A DNA stretch of 64,000 nt from Thermodesulfovibrionales bacterium (GTDB taxonomy: Bacteria; Nitrospirota; Thermodesulfovibrionia; Thermodesulfovibrionales; SM23-35): NCBI GenBank assembly GCA_963715195.1, contig CAVQRT010000031.1:64001-128000 (forward strand). The letters run 5' to 3'. How positions within the stretch are numbered: the first letter of the stretch is position 1; every line of letters begins with the position of its first letter. Shown here piece by piece: positions 41,930 to 52,026 of the stretch. The translations under genes and the position numbers were made by a program. The notes beneath the pieces are model-generated. The model saw only the letters and a list, made by a program, of their open reading frames with translations. It searched no databases and was not told the origin of the DNA.

Positions 41930-41998
41930 TTTGGTATTCGGTCCCTGGAAACTCTTAATATTATCCGACGGGTTCACGGGAAGTCAAGAATGGCACGC

Positions 41999-43630
41999 CT
42001 AAAGGCTTTTGCTCGTTTCTATTCTTGGGAAAAGCGCAGGACCTTTGCAAATCTTTGTGCCGGGTTTCAGCAGCCCCCATTGCATTTCGGTCATGAGCGT
42101 GACGCTTGAAATGTCCTCTGTCATGTTGAGTTGTTTCCAAATCTTCTCTGCGGTAGCGGGCATGAAAGGAAAGAGAAAAAGAGCGATAATTCGCAAGGCC
42201 TCAGCAAGGGAATAGAGAACCTTTGAGAGTTTGCGAATATTATTTGTTTTCCAGAGGTTCCAAGGGGCTTCATCTTCTATCAATTTATTGGCATGACTGA
42301 TTGTGTCCCAGATGGTGTCGATGGCATGCCCGAAGGAGAGGGTTTGGAGCGAGCTGTCAAACGCGCCGGGCATATTTTCCACATGATTCTTCAATTGGAG
42401 GACCCGTTGCATTTCGGTTTCTGCCTCCCCAGTCTCTGGAAACCGATCAGGTATAGTGCCTCCGGAATATTTTTCGATCATAGTCAAAGTCCTGCTCAGC
42501 AGATTTCCGAGGTCATTCGCGAGATCTGTATTGAACCGTTTGATGAGAGCATTTTCAGAAAAATCTCCATCGAGGCCAAAGGGGACTTCCCTGAAGAGGA
42601 AATACCGGAAGGGATCTGTGCCGAATTGATCCGCAATTTTCCGGGGATCAACAACATTTCCGATCGACTTTGACATCTTTTTCCCTTCGACAGTCCACCA
42701 GCCGTGAGCAAAGATATTGTTCGGCAGCGGCATTCCGAGTGCCATGAGCATTGCTGACCAGTAAATTGCATGTGTTGTGAGGATATCCTTCCCGATCAGA
42801 TGATGGTCGGGAGGCCACCAATAATCAGAGTTCAGAGGCGAGATGTCGGAAGTCGGAGTTGGGATATCAGAAGTCGCAGCGAGATTTCTTCTCCGCGAGG
42901 GAGCAAGGTATTGTGTCGCGGAATAATAGTTCAGCAGTGCATCGAACCAGACATAGGTTACAAAATTCGGATCAAAGGGAAGGGGGATTCCCCAGGCAAG
43001 TCTCTGTTTTGGTCTCGAAATGCAGAGATCACCGAGCTGGTTATTTTTCAGGAATCCGAGCACTTCATTCCGTCTTGTCTCCGGCAAGATGTAGAGAGGA
43101 TTCTCTTCGATATGCCTGATAATACGTTCCTGATATTTTGACATCAGGAAAAAATAATTTTCCTCGGATATCTCTTCCACAGGCCTCTTGCAGTCGGGAC
43201 ATTTGCCTTCCTCAATTTCTTTTTCTGTCCAGAAACGTTCATCAGGTACACAGTACCACCCTGAATAGAGCCTCTTTTCAATTTCGCCCTTTTCGAAGAG
43301 CGTTCCGAGCAGTGTCTGGACAAGGTTTATATGTTCAGGGTCTGTAGTCCGGATGAAGGCATCGTTCTGAATGGAGAGCTTACGCCAAATTCTCTTGTAA
43401 TTCTCCACCATCGTGTCTGCGTGAGCCTTTGGCGTCATACCTTTCTCCTGTGCCGCCTTCGCAACTTTCTGCCCGTGTTCATCGGTCCCTGTCAGGAAGA
43501 AAACCTCGTTGCCCTTCAGCCTGTTGTAACGCGCGAGGATATCAGCTGCTACCGTGGTGTAGGCATGCCCGATATGGGGTACATCATTGACGTAATATAT
43601 CGGAGTGGTGACATAAAACTTGCCTTTCAT
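41999..43630 (-). CDS. metG: Methionine-tRNA ligase (short form)
   Basis: TTPIYY, PHIGHAY, YVWFDAL, KMSKS. Confidence 0.96.
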   Translation of the reverse strand: MKGKFYVTTPIYYVNDVPHIGHAYTTVAADILARYNRLKGNEVFFLTGTDEHGQKVAKAAQEKGMTPKAHADTMVENYKRIWRKLSIQNDAFIRTTDPEHINLVQTLLGTLFEKGEIEKRLYSGWYCVPDERFWTEKEIEEGKCPDCKRPVEEISEENYFFLMSKYQERIIRHIEENPLYILPETRRNEVLGFLKNNQLGDLCISRPKQRLAWGIPLPFDPNFVTYVWFDALLNYYSATQYLAPSRRRNLAATSDIPTPTSDISPLNSDYWWPPDHHLIGKDILTTHAIYWSAMLMALGMPLPNNIFAHGWWTVEGKKMSKSIGNVVDPRKIADQFGTDPFRYFLFREVPFGLDGDFSENALIKRFNTDLANDLGNLLSRTLTMIEKYSGGTIPDRFPETGEAETEMQRVLQLKNHVENMPGAFDSSLQTLSFGHAIDTIWDTISHANKLIEDEAPWNLWKTNNIRKLSKVLYSLAEALRIIALFLFPFMPATAEKIWKQLNMTEDISSVTLMTEMQWGLLKPGTKICKGPALFPRIETSKSL

Positions 43631-44520
43631 TTATTCTGAGACCTCTTTTTCCGTTTCCTCGGGTACCATTTTCTCCGTTTATCTCTTCTGCCCGGTTTCT
43701 CCTGTTGCTGCACGGAATCAGGGGGCTTTTGAGATGCAGCGTTGCCTTCAGTGGCGCGCTGGGTCGACGGCTCATTTGCATCCACAAGAGAGTCACTCGA
43801 TGCAACGACTATCTCCCCTGCTTCTTCGTCTTCTGTGATCGCAATTGTTTCACTTTCAGAATATACGGGTTCTTCCTGCGGAGCTTCGGAATATTCATAG
43901 CCTAAACAGCACATGAGCCTTCCGCATGATCCCGACAGCTTGCTGGTGTTCAGCACTAATTCCTGTTTTTTAGCCATCTTGATAGAGATCGGTTCGAATG
44001 AAGTCAGAAACTTCGTACAACAGAGTTCGCGGCCGCAGATACCTAAACTGCCGACTATCCGCGCACTGTCCCTGACACCGATCTGCCTCATCTCAATCCT
44101 GGTCTTGAAGCGTGAAGCGAGGTCCTTGACGAGTTCCCTGAAATCGATCCTTTTTTCTGCTGTGAAGTAAAAAACAATCCGTTTCTTGTCGAGAGTGGCT
44201 TCTGTACAAATAAGCTTCATGGGAAGGCCCCGAGCCATGATTCTTTCGAGACAGTACTCCCTTGAATCTGTTTCCAGGGTCTTGTTCTCTTCCTTCTGCT
44301 GAAGGTCATCCTCCGTTGCCTTGCGGATGATTTTCTTAAATTTCTTATCGGAATCATCTGCTGTGCGGGGTTCGATGATGATAGTCCCCAGGTTGATACC
44401 AAGCTCGGACTCAACTACCACCAGGTCACCTTTCCTGACTTCAAGTCCGTCGACCTCGAAATCGTATATTTTCCCGCAGGGCTTGAAACGAACTCCCACA
44501 ACATCAGGCATATGGTCCAC
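43627..44520 (-). CDS. ricT: PSP1-domain RicT/YaaT-like protein
   Basis: RIDFRELVKDL, GICGRELCC, GSCGRLMCCL. Confidence 0.85.
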   Translation of the reverse strand: MDHMPDVVGVRFKPCGKIYDFEVDGLEVRKGDLVVVESELGINLGTIIIEPRTADDSDKKFKKIIRKATEDDLQQKEENKTLETDSREYCLERIMARGLPMKLICTEATLDKKRIVFYFTAEKRIDFRELVKDLASRFKTRIEMRQIGVRDSARIVGSLGICGRELCCTKFLTSFEPISIKMAKKQELVLNTSKLSGSCGRLMCCLGYEYSEAPQEEPVYSESETIAITEDEEAGEIVVASSDSLVDANEPSTQRATEGNAASQKPPDSVQQQEKPGRRDKRRKWYPRKRKKRSQNK

Positions 44521-45541
44521 CCATGTCTTTCCTCAACAGGGAACTGGCATAGTTCCAGGTGAGTGATTTATTGAGATTGAAATGAATACGTTTTTTCAGG
44601 GTATTCAACCGCTGATACTGTTCTATTATACCCTTAATATCCATAGCGCTGCTCAGTTGAGCGATGTATTCCTTCATGTCAGAATTCACAAGGTGTTTTT
44701 CGTCCTGTGTTATTTTCAGGACAGCCATGTCTCTGAGCAGTATGAGCATGAGGTCGAACCATTTCTCCATCTCTTCCCGTGAACCCCAGCTGTCTTTAGC
44801 CATAGTGAGCATGCCTTCCAGAAGCGCAAGGAATCGCGTTCTTTGCTCCATAAGGTCTCCCGAGAGTATATTGCCCGGTTTTCCCATCGAAAGCCTCAAG
44901 ACCGCTTCAAGGTGCGGTTCGTAGATTGTGGTTCGAGGTGTTTCTCCTGTCTTCTTATGCTTCCTTCCCGACAGGCGACCGGTTCCCTTTTGTATGACTT
45001 CTTCACAATCCTTCAGCGAAAGAGGCATGAAGTTGATCCGTGAACATCGTGACCGCATTGTGTCAGGCAGGCGATCCGGATTGGATGATACGAGGATTAT
45101 CAGGCTTTGCTCCGGTGGTTCTTCAAGAGTTTTCAGGAATGCATTTGCAGCGGATTGATTCATGGCCTCTGCATCATCCACGATGACAGTCTTATACCTG
45201 CCCTCAAAGGCCTTCAAAGAAAGGATTTTGTCAATTTCCCGTATCTCCTCTATTTTGATCAGGCCGTTTTCAGGTGATATTAACCGGAAGTCCGGGTGCA
45301 TATTTGCGTCGATTTTCCTGCAGGAAGAACATGCATCACAACAGTCATATGCTGTAATCTGATTGTCGTGCCCCTGAGCTGCAAAGCAATTGAGCGCCTT
45401 GGCAAGATTGATTGCAGTCATTTTTTTGCCTATGCCGGATTCTCCTGCAAACAGGTATGAGGAGGGTATTTTCCTCCGTTCCAGCGTTTTCCGGAGGATG
45501 CGTATTGCCCGGTCCTGCCCGATGATATCCCGTAAAGCCAT
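44504..45541 (-). CDS. holB: DNA polymerase III delta' subunit
   Basis: GESGIGK, CDACSSC, ANAFLKTLEEPP, RSRC. Confidence 0.93.
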   Translation of the reverse strand: MALRDIIGQDRAIRILRKTLERRKIPSSYLFAGESGIGKKMTAINLAKALNCFAAQGHDNQITAYDCCDACSSCRKIDANMHPDFRLISPENGLIKIEEIREIDKILSLKAFEGRYKTVIVDDAEAMNQSAANAFLKTLEEPPEQSLIILVSSNPDRLPDTMRSRCSRINFMPLSLKDCEEVIQKGTGRLSGRKHKKTGETPRTTIYEPHLEAVLRLSMGKPGNILSGDLMEQRTRFLALLEGMLTMAKDSWGSREEMEKWFDLMLILLRDMAVLKITQDEKHLVNSDMKEYIAQLSSAMDIKGIIEQYQRLNTLKKRIHFNLNKSLTWNYASSLLRKDMGGPYA

Positions 45542-46164
45542 TATAAACTCGCAGTCTCACTGATTATCCGGATGATTTTTCTGTGGGTCTCATCGATGCC
45601 GGCGGTGGTCTGGATCAGTTTTATCCTTTCAGGATCTTGTGCGGCAAGCAGGTGATATCCGTTTCTCACCCGCTCGTGGAATGAGGTAGCCTCAAGCTCA
45701 AGCCTGTCCGTTTTATTGATGCCCTGGTTTCTCAGTAATCCTGTCTTCACATCGAGGTCGAGCAGCAGGGTGATATCAGGTCTCATCCTGCCGGTTGCGA
45801 TCAGGTCAATGGAATCGATCAGATGGAGGTCGAGTCCTCTGCCGTACCCTTGATAGGCAAGAGTCGAATCGGTAAACCGGTCGGTAATGACAATGGCTCC
45901 CCTGTTCAATGCAGGCATAATAACCTCCTGAATATGCTGTGCACGGGATGCAAAATACAGCAGCAGTTCGGTGAGAGGGGACATCCCTATGTGTTCAACA
46001 GCGAGCAGAACCGTTCTTATCTTTACCCCGATTTCTGTACCGCCCGGTTCTTCGGTAAGAAGGACGTCAGCTCCCTTACTGCTCAGGTATTTGTACAGGA
46101 GTTTCCCCTGGGTAGATTTCCCGGAACCCTCTATGCCTTCAAATGAGATGAAGGTTCCTTTCAT
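45541..46164 (-). CDS. tmk: Thymidylate kinase
   Basis: FEGIEGSGKST, DRFTDSTLAYQG. Confidence 0.96.
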   Translation of the reverse strand: MKGTFISFEGIEGSGKSTQGKLLYKYLSSKGADVLLTEEPGGTEIGVKIRTVLLAVEHIGMSPLTELLLYFASRAQHIQEVIMPALNRGAIVITDRFTDSTLAYQGYGRGLDLHLIDSIDLIATGRMRPDITLLLDLDVKTGLLRNQGINKTDRLELEATSFHERVRNGYHLLAAQDPERIKLIQTTAGIDETHRKIIRIISETASL

Positions 46165-47174
46165 GCCGTCCGACCTTTCATCTCAGAACTCAGCTCGGAC
46201 AGAATCCGGAAAATCTTTGCTGTTTCTGCAGGGGTTCTCGACCCTGTCCCGCAGGATGGCGTCAACAAGATCTGTGACAGCAGCAGGTCGGCAGGTATGG
46301 AATGTGACAAAAGCTCGATCCCCAGCTCTAACCGCTTTTTTAAAGATTCAGTATTCTCATGCTGTATGGCTTCGGTTGTCGGGACAATGCCCCAGGCGAG
46401 GTATCCGTTCTTTTTCAAAAATGATGTGAATTCCGCTGGGTAGAGCGGGATTGTTTCAATGTAGTCATATGCATCAAAGCTTATGATCGTGACGCCGGAG
46501 CGAATGACCAACGGCCAGTCAGCATTGCTGCAGCAATGAATACCGGCAAGCCCGGAGGCCTCTTTAATGGTATCTGTTGCGGCCTGCAATAACCGCAGGG
46601 CCTCTTCAGGTGCCACGCCGATGTAGCTTGAGCTGCCGAGGGCAGAGAGAACAGGCTCATCAATAAAAATGATGACCCGGTCGGCAAAGGGTTGCAGAAT
46701 CCCGATCTGCCACCTGATCTTTGCCTGAAGAAGCAGGAGCGAAATTTCCCGTAATTCTTCGTCAAAATAGAGCGATCTTCCCCGGGCATCTTTGAGTCCG
46801 AGGGTGAATGTCAGCGGCCCGGTAATATGTCCTTTGATGAATTGAAAATGTCTGCCGGCTGCAGCACGTCTGAAGGCATAAAGCCCGCTTGCAAAGGCTT
46901 CAGAGATGGTCAGCTTCAGATCGTCTGTACAGGTTTCGTAAAATCGTGCAAGATCTTCGCCATCTTCTCCTACCCATATTGTCTCTCTCTGTTCGTCGAT
47001 CTTCAGAGACGGCATGCCTTCGGAAACCTGGGGTATCATAAATTCTCGGAATGATACGCCGGGCAGTTGCGGCCAGAAGGGGATATCAAAAGTATCAAGC
47101 ACGAGCCTGCATGCTTCGTCAGGATTAGTATGGGGAAGACTGCCAATGCCGGTTGTGAGGAACGGTGTAAACAT
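46161..47174 (-). CDS. MetE catalytic-domain-like (core methionine synthase-like) protein
   Basis: TGIGSLP, TGPLT, IDEP, GIHCC, LTPSCG. Confidence 0.7.
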   Translation of the reverse strand: MFTPFLTTGIGSLPHTNPDEACRLVLDTFDIPFWPQLPGVSFREFMIPQVSEGMPSLKIDEQRETIWVGEDGEDLARFYETCTDDLKLTISEAFASGLYAFRRAAAGRHFQFIKGHITGPLTFTLGLKDARGRSLYFDEELREISLLLLQAKIRWQIGILQPFADRVIIFIDEPVLSALGSSSYIGVAPEEALRLLQAATDTIKEASGLAGIHCCSNADWPLVIRSGVTIISFDAYDYIETIPLYPAEFTSFLKKNGYLAWGIVPTTEAIQHENTESLKKRLELGIELLSHSIPADLLLSQILLTPSCGTGSRTPAETAKIFRILSELSSEMKGRTA

Positions 47175-47280
47175 TTTTAGATGATACTCTATCAGTAAGT
47201 TCTCAAGTCAATAAGAAAAGTTTAAAAATTCCGGTAATGACCGGTAAAAGGAGGAATTCTTAGCGTGTAGTGAACGGAAT

Positions 47281-47317
47281 AAAAACGTATTCACCCCCGT
47301 GCGGGGGTGAATACGCT
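47281..47317 (-). terminator. Terminator of bS22 gene
   Basis: CGTATTCACCCCC-GTGC-GGGGGTGAATACG palindrome with T-run on the minus strand. Confidence 0.75.
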
Positions 47318-47352
47318 ATACACGAATTTCTATGAACACAGAGAAAATGAGT

Positions 47353-47451
47353 CTATTTGCTCTTTCTCCTCTGGAACTTGGTTTTCTTTCTGAGCTTGTC
47401 GTGTTTGTGCTTGCTCATTTTTTTCTTACGCCACTTTTTGACGTTTCCCAC
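47353..47451 (-). CDS. Small ribosomal protein bS22-like (AURKAIP1/COX24 domain), 32 aa, not in ORF track
   Basis: GTG start after GGAGGTG; MGNVKKWRKKKMSKHKHDKLRKKTKFQRRKSK*. Confidence 0.85.
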   Translation of the reverse strand: MGNVKKWRKKKMSKHKHDKLRKKTKFQRRKSK

Positions 47452-47547
47452 TCATTCACCTCCCTCTTAAAAACAGTAGACAGCAAACAGCAAACAGTAT
47501 ACAGGATACAAAAAAAATTTTTCTATTTCCAGTTCTCTACCTACTAC

Positions 47548-50500
47548 CTACTGTGCACTGTATTCTTTGGCCTGGTCCATGAAAGCTTCAAGCTGTATCT
47601 CGACCGTCGGAGATTCGGTCCCGTCATACGGGATGCTGATACATGGTATGCCGTAGTCCCTCGTTATACCTCTCAGGATCGCTGTGACGATTGTCCCCGG
47701 CATGCAGCCAAACGGCATCGCATTGACAATACCCGATGCTCCTCTTTCGATAAGATCGATGCATTTTCCCACACTCAGGATAGTCTCACCTTCGAAGGAG
47801 CTATGCACATAGGGTGAAGCCTTCTGAAGGATCTCTTTTGTCTCCGGTTCATGCAGTGTTTTCAGGAAATCCCTGAAGAAACGGCTGTATCTGTGTTCGA
47901 TTCTTTTCTGGAAAAACCTTTTCAACAGAAAATTAATAATAGCAGACTTGTCTTTTTTTAACAATGCCTTCCTAAGCCCCATCAGATTGACATAATAAAC
48001 CCATTCCTCCACAGGTGCAAGCCATACCTGCCCCCCCAATGCCTCGATCTTTCTCACAAGATTGTCGTTGGAGAATTTGTGGGATCTTACAAAAATTTCT
48101 CCGATAATTCCTATGAGCGGTCTCTTCCCCGCTTCTCTCGGAAGATGCCCGAAGTCCTTCCTCATGTTACCCAGGACTGCGTCAATATTGTTGCCGTTGG
48201 TCCTCCTGAGCGCATGGTAGAGTTTCTGAGCATACGAATCGTATAATTGATCAGCAGATCCTCGTGAACACTCATAGGGCCGGGTCTCGTGAAGGGATTT
48301 CGTGAGCAGTTCGTATGCAATAATTCCTTTCCATGATTGCAAACTAAAATCCTTCCCGACCATCCCGAGGTCCGCATAGAAAGATGTGTCCTGGGTTGGT
48401 GCAAAAATCGGCACATCGGTAATCCCTAACTTTTCGAGAACAATTTTATGGAAAACATTATACTGCCCGAATCTGCATGGTCCCGTACCGGATGGCATGA
48501 AAAAAGCGCTTTTCTCTGGGATGAAATCGGCCTCCATGACCTTTCTCACCATATCTCCGGTGGTTACCAGACACGGATAGCATTCTTTCCCTGATACAAA
48601 TTTCTTTCCGAGATCGATTGCAGTCTTATCAGACTCGGGAAGAACCTCCGCACTGATCCCGCAGTGCTCAAAGGCAGCTGCTATCCCATGCACATGCACA
48701 GACATGCGTGGCAGGTAAATGGTCCTCTGCACCTGTTTTGTCATTGGCGCCTGGTGACGAGCTATTCTCTCCTTTTGTCTGTTCACCGCATGCTCCATGT
48801 AATCGGCGGTTCGATTCTGAATACTGTCGATAAAAGCCTCGCATCTGGTAATTGCCCCGGCATCCGCACTATGTTCATCAATTTCTATGTGGAGAAACGG
48901 TTTCGCGCCCATTTCCTGTTTAAAATATTTAAGAATGAATGAATCAGGTCCGCACAGAAAATTACCGGTGTAAATTGGATACAGGTTGTGAGAATCTCTG
49001 ACAAGCCGAGCAGCTTTGAGAATTCGCTGCCCGGATCTCCAGTACATATTCGGCCATTCTTTGTGAATCGAATACTGTTCGAAAGGCAGGAAATCGAAAG
49101 GGATTGATGCGATGCCAAGGTCAGACAGTTTTCTGGGGATTTCGAGATTTACTCCGCTGTCAAAGGCATTGTAAGCCCTGCCGATTATTACCACAGAAAG
49201 TTCTTTGCAGGCAGAGAGAAATTCAGAACCTTTCCGCTTAATTGCATCCGCGAACGACTTCTGTGCCTTTTCTCCTGCATCAAGAGCTTGTGAAATGCGG
49301 GATTGCTTTATCCTGAACGGTTTCAGAACCCGTTTCAGTTCATGGAGGAGGAATTTCTTACCCTGCCGCAGATTGACCACTGGGGTAAGGAGCTTGATAC
49401 CCTTAAAGGCTATGCGTGATACATATGGAATGGTCTGCGTATGAGGACAAGCCATGCCCCGTTCATATATATCTTCCGGTGAGTTCAGGTTGATAAAACT
49501 GGGGATAAAAAGGGCATCTACGTTTTGACTCAGCAGGTACTGAATATGACCATAAGCCACTTTCACCGGAAAACAGGCTTCGGCAAGAACCCGCTCAAGG
49601 CCAAGGTTCACAATTTGTCTGTCTGTTTTTAGAGAGACCTCGACATGGAATCCGAGTTCCCACAGCACTGTTGTCCAGAAAGGAAGATAGTCATGGAAAA
49701 AGAAGATGTAGGGTATCCCGATTTTCGGCCTTGAAACCTGATTGTTGTCCTTCGCATGTTCTTTTCGGCTTTCGTGTTCTTTCCAGAGCATCTCTTCCCT
49801 GAATGCAAAGAGATCCGGAAGCCCAGAATGCTTCCTCTTTCGCACATCGTATTTTTCACACCTTCCCCCGTAAAAGAGAAACCCCTCTTCTCCGGTAATC
49901 TTGACGCGGTTTATCTCACATACATTCGGACATCCTTTGCACTCAAAGGATGATATTTCATACGGACGCCTCGACAACTCGAAGCCTTTGAATGTCGATC
50001 GTGTTTTCTTATCTGTTTTGTGCTGCATGGCGATTAATGCCATACCGATAGCACCGGTGACATCATGATTGGTGGGAACGGTTATCTGTTTCTTCAGGTA
50101 TTTTGAGAAAGCTGAGACTACTGACCTATTAAATGCAACACCGCCCTGGAAAAAAATATGCTCGCCGATATGCTTGCCGGCGACCACCCTGTTTATGTAA
50201 TTCTGGACTATAGAATAGGCGAGACCGGCAAGCAGGTCTTTCCTGTCTGCCCCTTTCTGCAGATTTGCCATGAGCGAGTTTTCCATGAATACGGTGCATC
50301 GTTCGCCCAGTCTGCACGGAGTCTTTGCAGAGAGTGCAAGTTCTTCGTATTCTCCTTTAATGGATATATTGAGTTTTTCGGACTGTTCCTCAAGGAATGA
50401 GCCTGTTCCTGCCGCGCAGGCCTTATTCATTTCGAAGTCAATGATAACTCCGTCCTTCAGAGAGATATATTTGGAATCCTGTCCCCCGATTTCGAATATG

Positions 50501-51750
50501 GTATCAACTTCTTTATCAATAAAAGCAGCTGCTGTAGCCTGAGCCGTAATTTCGTTTTTTACAATGTCGGCCCCGACATAATCGGCAATCATGTATCTTC
50601 CCGAACCGGTAGTCCCGACACCCATAATCTCTACCTGGTCACCGACCTCTTCCCCTGTTTCTGCAAGACCCTGACGTACTGCCTCAATCGGGCGTCCGGC
50701 TGTCATAAGATACCGCTTTGACAAAAGTCTCCCCTCTTCATCAATCACGGCGAGATTTGTGCTGATCGAACCAATGTCTATACCAAGGTAGGCCTTTGTC
50801 TTATCGGAGGATTGAGAACGAAGGATCAAGGATGAAGAGCCATCGTTTTCCAGTGCAACAGGTATGCTATGCCCATGATCCCCTAAAGGAGGATATCCCT
50901 CCTCGACAGGGCGGTATGAATGCAAAAAATCATCGAGCAGCGATACGTCAAAATGGTGTATGGTGCCCTCATGCAGATTTTTCAGTGCCGCACCGATTGC
51001 CCCCATGAGGGCATAATCATCGGGAACAAGGAGGTCATCAATTCCAAAAATCTCCCTGAAGGCTCTCACCATCCCGTGATTCGCTGCCACACCACCCTGG
51101 AAGGACACCGGCTGCACGATCTTTCTCCCCCGCGATATAGACCCCTTAAAGTTTCGTGCAACGGCAAAGCAGAGACCCGCAACGATATCGTCAACGGGAG
51201 TTGCAATCTGCTGGAGATGAATCATGTCGGATTTCGCGAATACGCTGCATCGTCCGGCAATTCTGGGAGGTTTTTTTGATTGCAGGGCGAGGTTGCTGAA
51301 TTCATCTATGGTAAGCCGCAATCGCTCTGCCTGCTGGTCAAGAAAAGAGCCTGTTCCGGCAGCACAGACTGAATTCATCGAGAAATCCTTTATTGCGCGT
51401 CCATCCTCACCCAGAACGATAAGCTTGGAATCTTCTCCCCCCATCTCGATGATCGTTTTTATCCAGGGGAATAATGCATGAGTTGAGAATGCCTGCGCCA
51501 CAATCTCATTCACAGGCTTTATGTTGAGCAGAGAGGCAATGAGTCTTCCTGCGGAGCCGGTAACCGAGAGTGAAAGATTTTCCGGTGAAAGTGCAAGGTC
51601 TGGGGGGATTTCCCTGATAAGCTTCAGAGCAAAGGATAGAGAATGGCCTTTGTGCCTCTCATAACGGCTGTACAGTTTTCTCCCCTGTTCAGTGAGGACA
51701 ACAAGCTTTACGCTGACGGAACCGGCATCAAGACCGATGAAGTTCATCAC
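47548..51750 (-). CDS. Fused acyl-CoA dehydratase activase (two BadF/BcrAD ATPase domains + DUF2229-like modules)
   Basis: GGEDSK and GGQDSK, CAAGTGSFL twice, RCSVF/RCTVF, CGPDSF, PFGCMPG. Confidence 0.88.
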   Translation of the reverse strand: MMNFIGLDAGSVSVKLVVLTEQGRKLYSRYERHKGHSLSFALKLIREIPPDLALSPENLSLSVTGSAGRLIASLLNIKPVNEIVAQAFSTHALFPWIKTIIEMGGEDSKLIVLGEDGRAIKDFSMNSVCAAGTGSFLDQQAERLRLTIDEFSNLALQSKKPPRIAGRCSVFAKSDMIHLQQIATPVDDIVAGLCFAVARNFKGSISRGRKIVQPVSFQGGVAANHGMVRAFREIFGIDDLLVPDDYALMGAIGAALKNLHEGTIHHFDVSLLDDFLHSYRPVEEGYPPLGDHGHSIPVALENDGSSSLILRSQSSDKTKAYLGIDIGSISTNLAVIDEEGRLLSKRYLMTAGRPIEAVRQGLAETGEEVGDQVEIMGVGTTGSGRYMIADYVGADIVKNEITAQATAAAFIDKEVDTIFEIGGQDSKYISLKDGVIIDFEMNKACAAGTGSFLEEQSEKLNISIKGEYEELALSAKTPCRLGERCTVFMENSLMANLQKGADRKDLLAGLAYSIVQNYINRVVAGKHIGEHIFFQGGVAFNRSVVSAFSKYLKKQITVPTNHDVTGAIGMALIAMQHKTDKKTRSTFKGFELSRRPYEISSFECKGCPNVCEINRVKITGEEGFLFYGGRCEKYDVRKRKHSGLPDLFAFREEMLWKEHESRKEHAKDNNQVSRPKIGIPYIFFFHDYLPFWTTVLWELGFHVEVSLKTDRQIVNLGLERVLAEACFPVKVAYGHIQYLLSQNVDALFIPSFINLNSPEDIYERGMACPHTQTIPYVSRIAFKGIKLLTPVVNLRQGKKFLLHELKRVLKPFRIKQSRISQALDAGEKAQKSFADAIKRKGSEFLSACKELSVVIIGRAYNAFDSGVNLEIPRKLSDLGIASIPFDFLPFEQYSIHKEWPNMYWRSGQRILKAARLVRDSHNLYPIYTGNFLCGPDSFILKYFKQEMGAKPFLHIEIDEHSADAGAITRCEAFIDSIQNRTADYMEHAVNRQKERIARHQAPMTKQVQRTIYLPRMSVHVHGIAAAFEHCGISAEVLPESDKTAIDLGKKFVSGKECYPCLVTTGDMVRKVMEADFIPEKSAFFMPSGTGPCRFGQYNVFHKIVLEKLGITDVPIFAPTQDTSFYADLGMVGKDFSLQSWKGIIAYELLTKSLHETRPYECSRGSADQLYDSYAQKLYHALRRTNGNNIDAVLGNMRKDFGHLPREAGKRPLIGIIGEIFVRSHKFSNDNLVRKIEALGGQVWLAPVEEWVYYVNLMGLRKALLKKDKSAIINFLLKRFFQKRIEHRYSRFFRDFLKTLHEPETKEILQKASPYVHSSFEGETILSVGKCIDLIERGASGIVNAMPFGCMPGTIVTAILRGITRDYGIPCISIPYDGTESPTVEIQLEAFMDQAKEYSAQ

Positions 51751-52026
51751 CTCTCCGATTGTTTCAAATTATACCACAGACACGTCAGACTGAACCTGCT
51801 CGCCTGTCAGCAAGTATGCTTTCAAGACGTGGCAATCTGCCCGAAAAGGTTGAAATTGCTTGCCCCAATCAAGTTCGGGGCCGTGAAGACACTTTATACC
51901 GCTGGATTTGGGTATTAAGATCCAATGAAATCACTAGCATGTCTGATCTCTTGCAACCATTCAGATTGCACTTTGCAGATTACTGCGGGGTTAGTTCATT
52001 ATTTGCCCAACGAATAAAGAGGCGAA

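Noticed and set aside
47332..47817. 161-aa plus-strand ORF
   Set aside because: Antisense to the bS22-like gene and the activase 3' end
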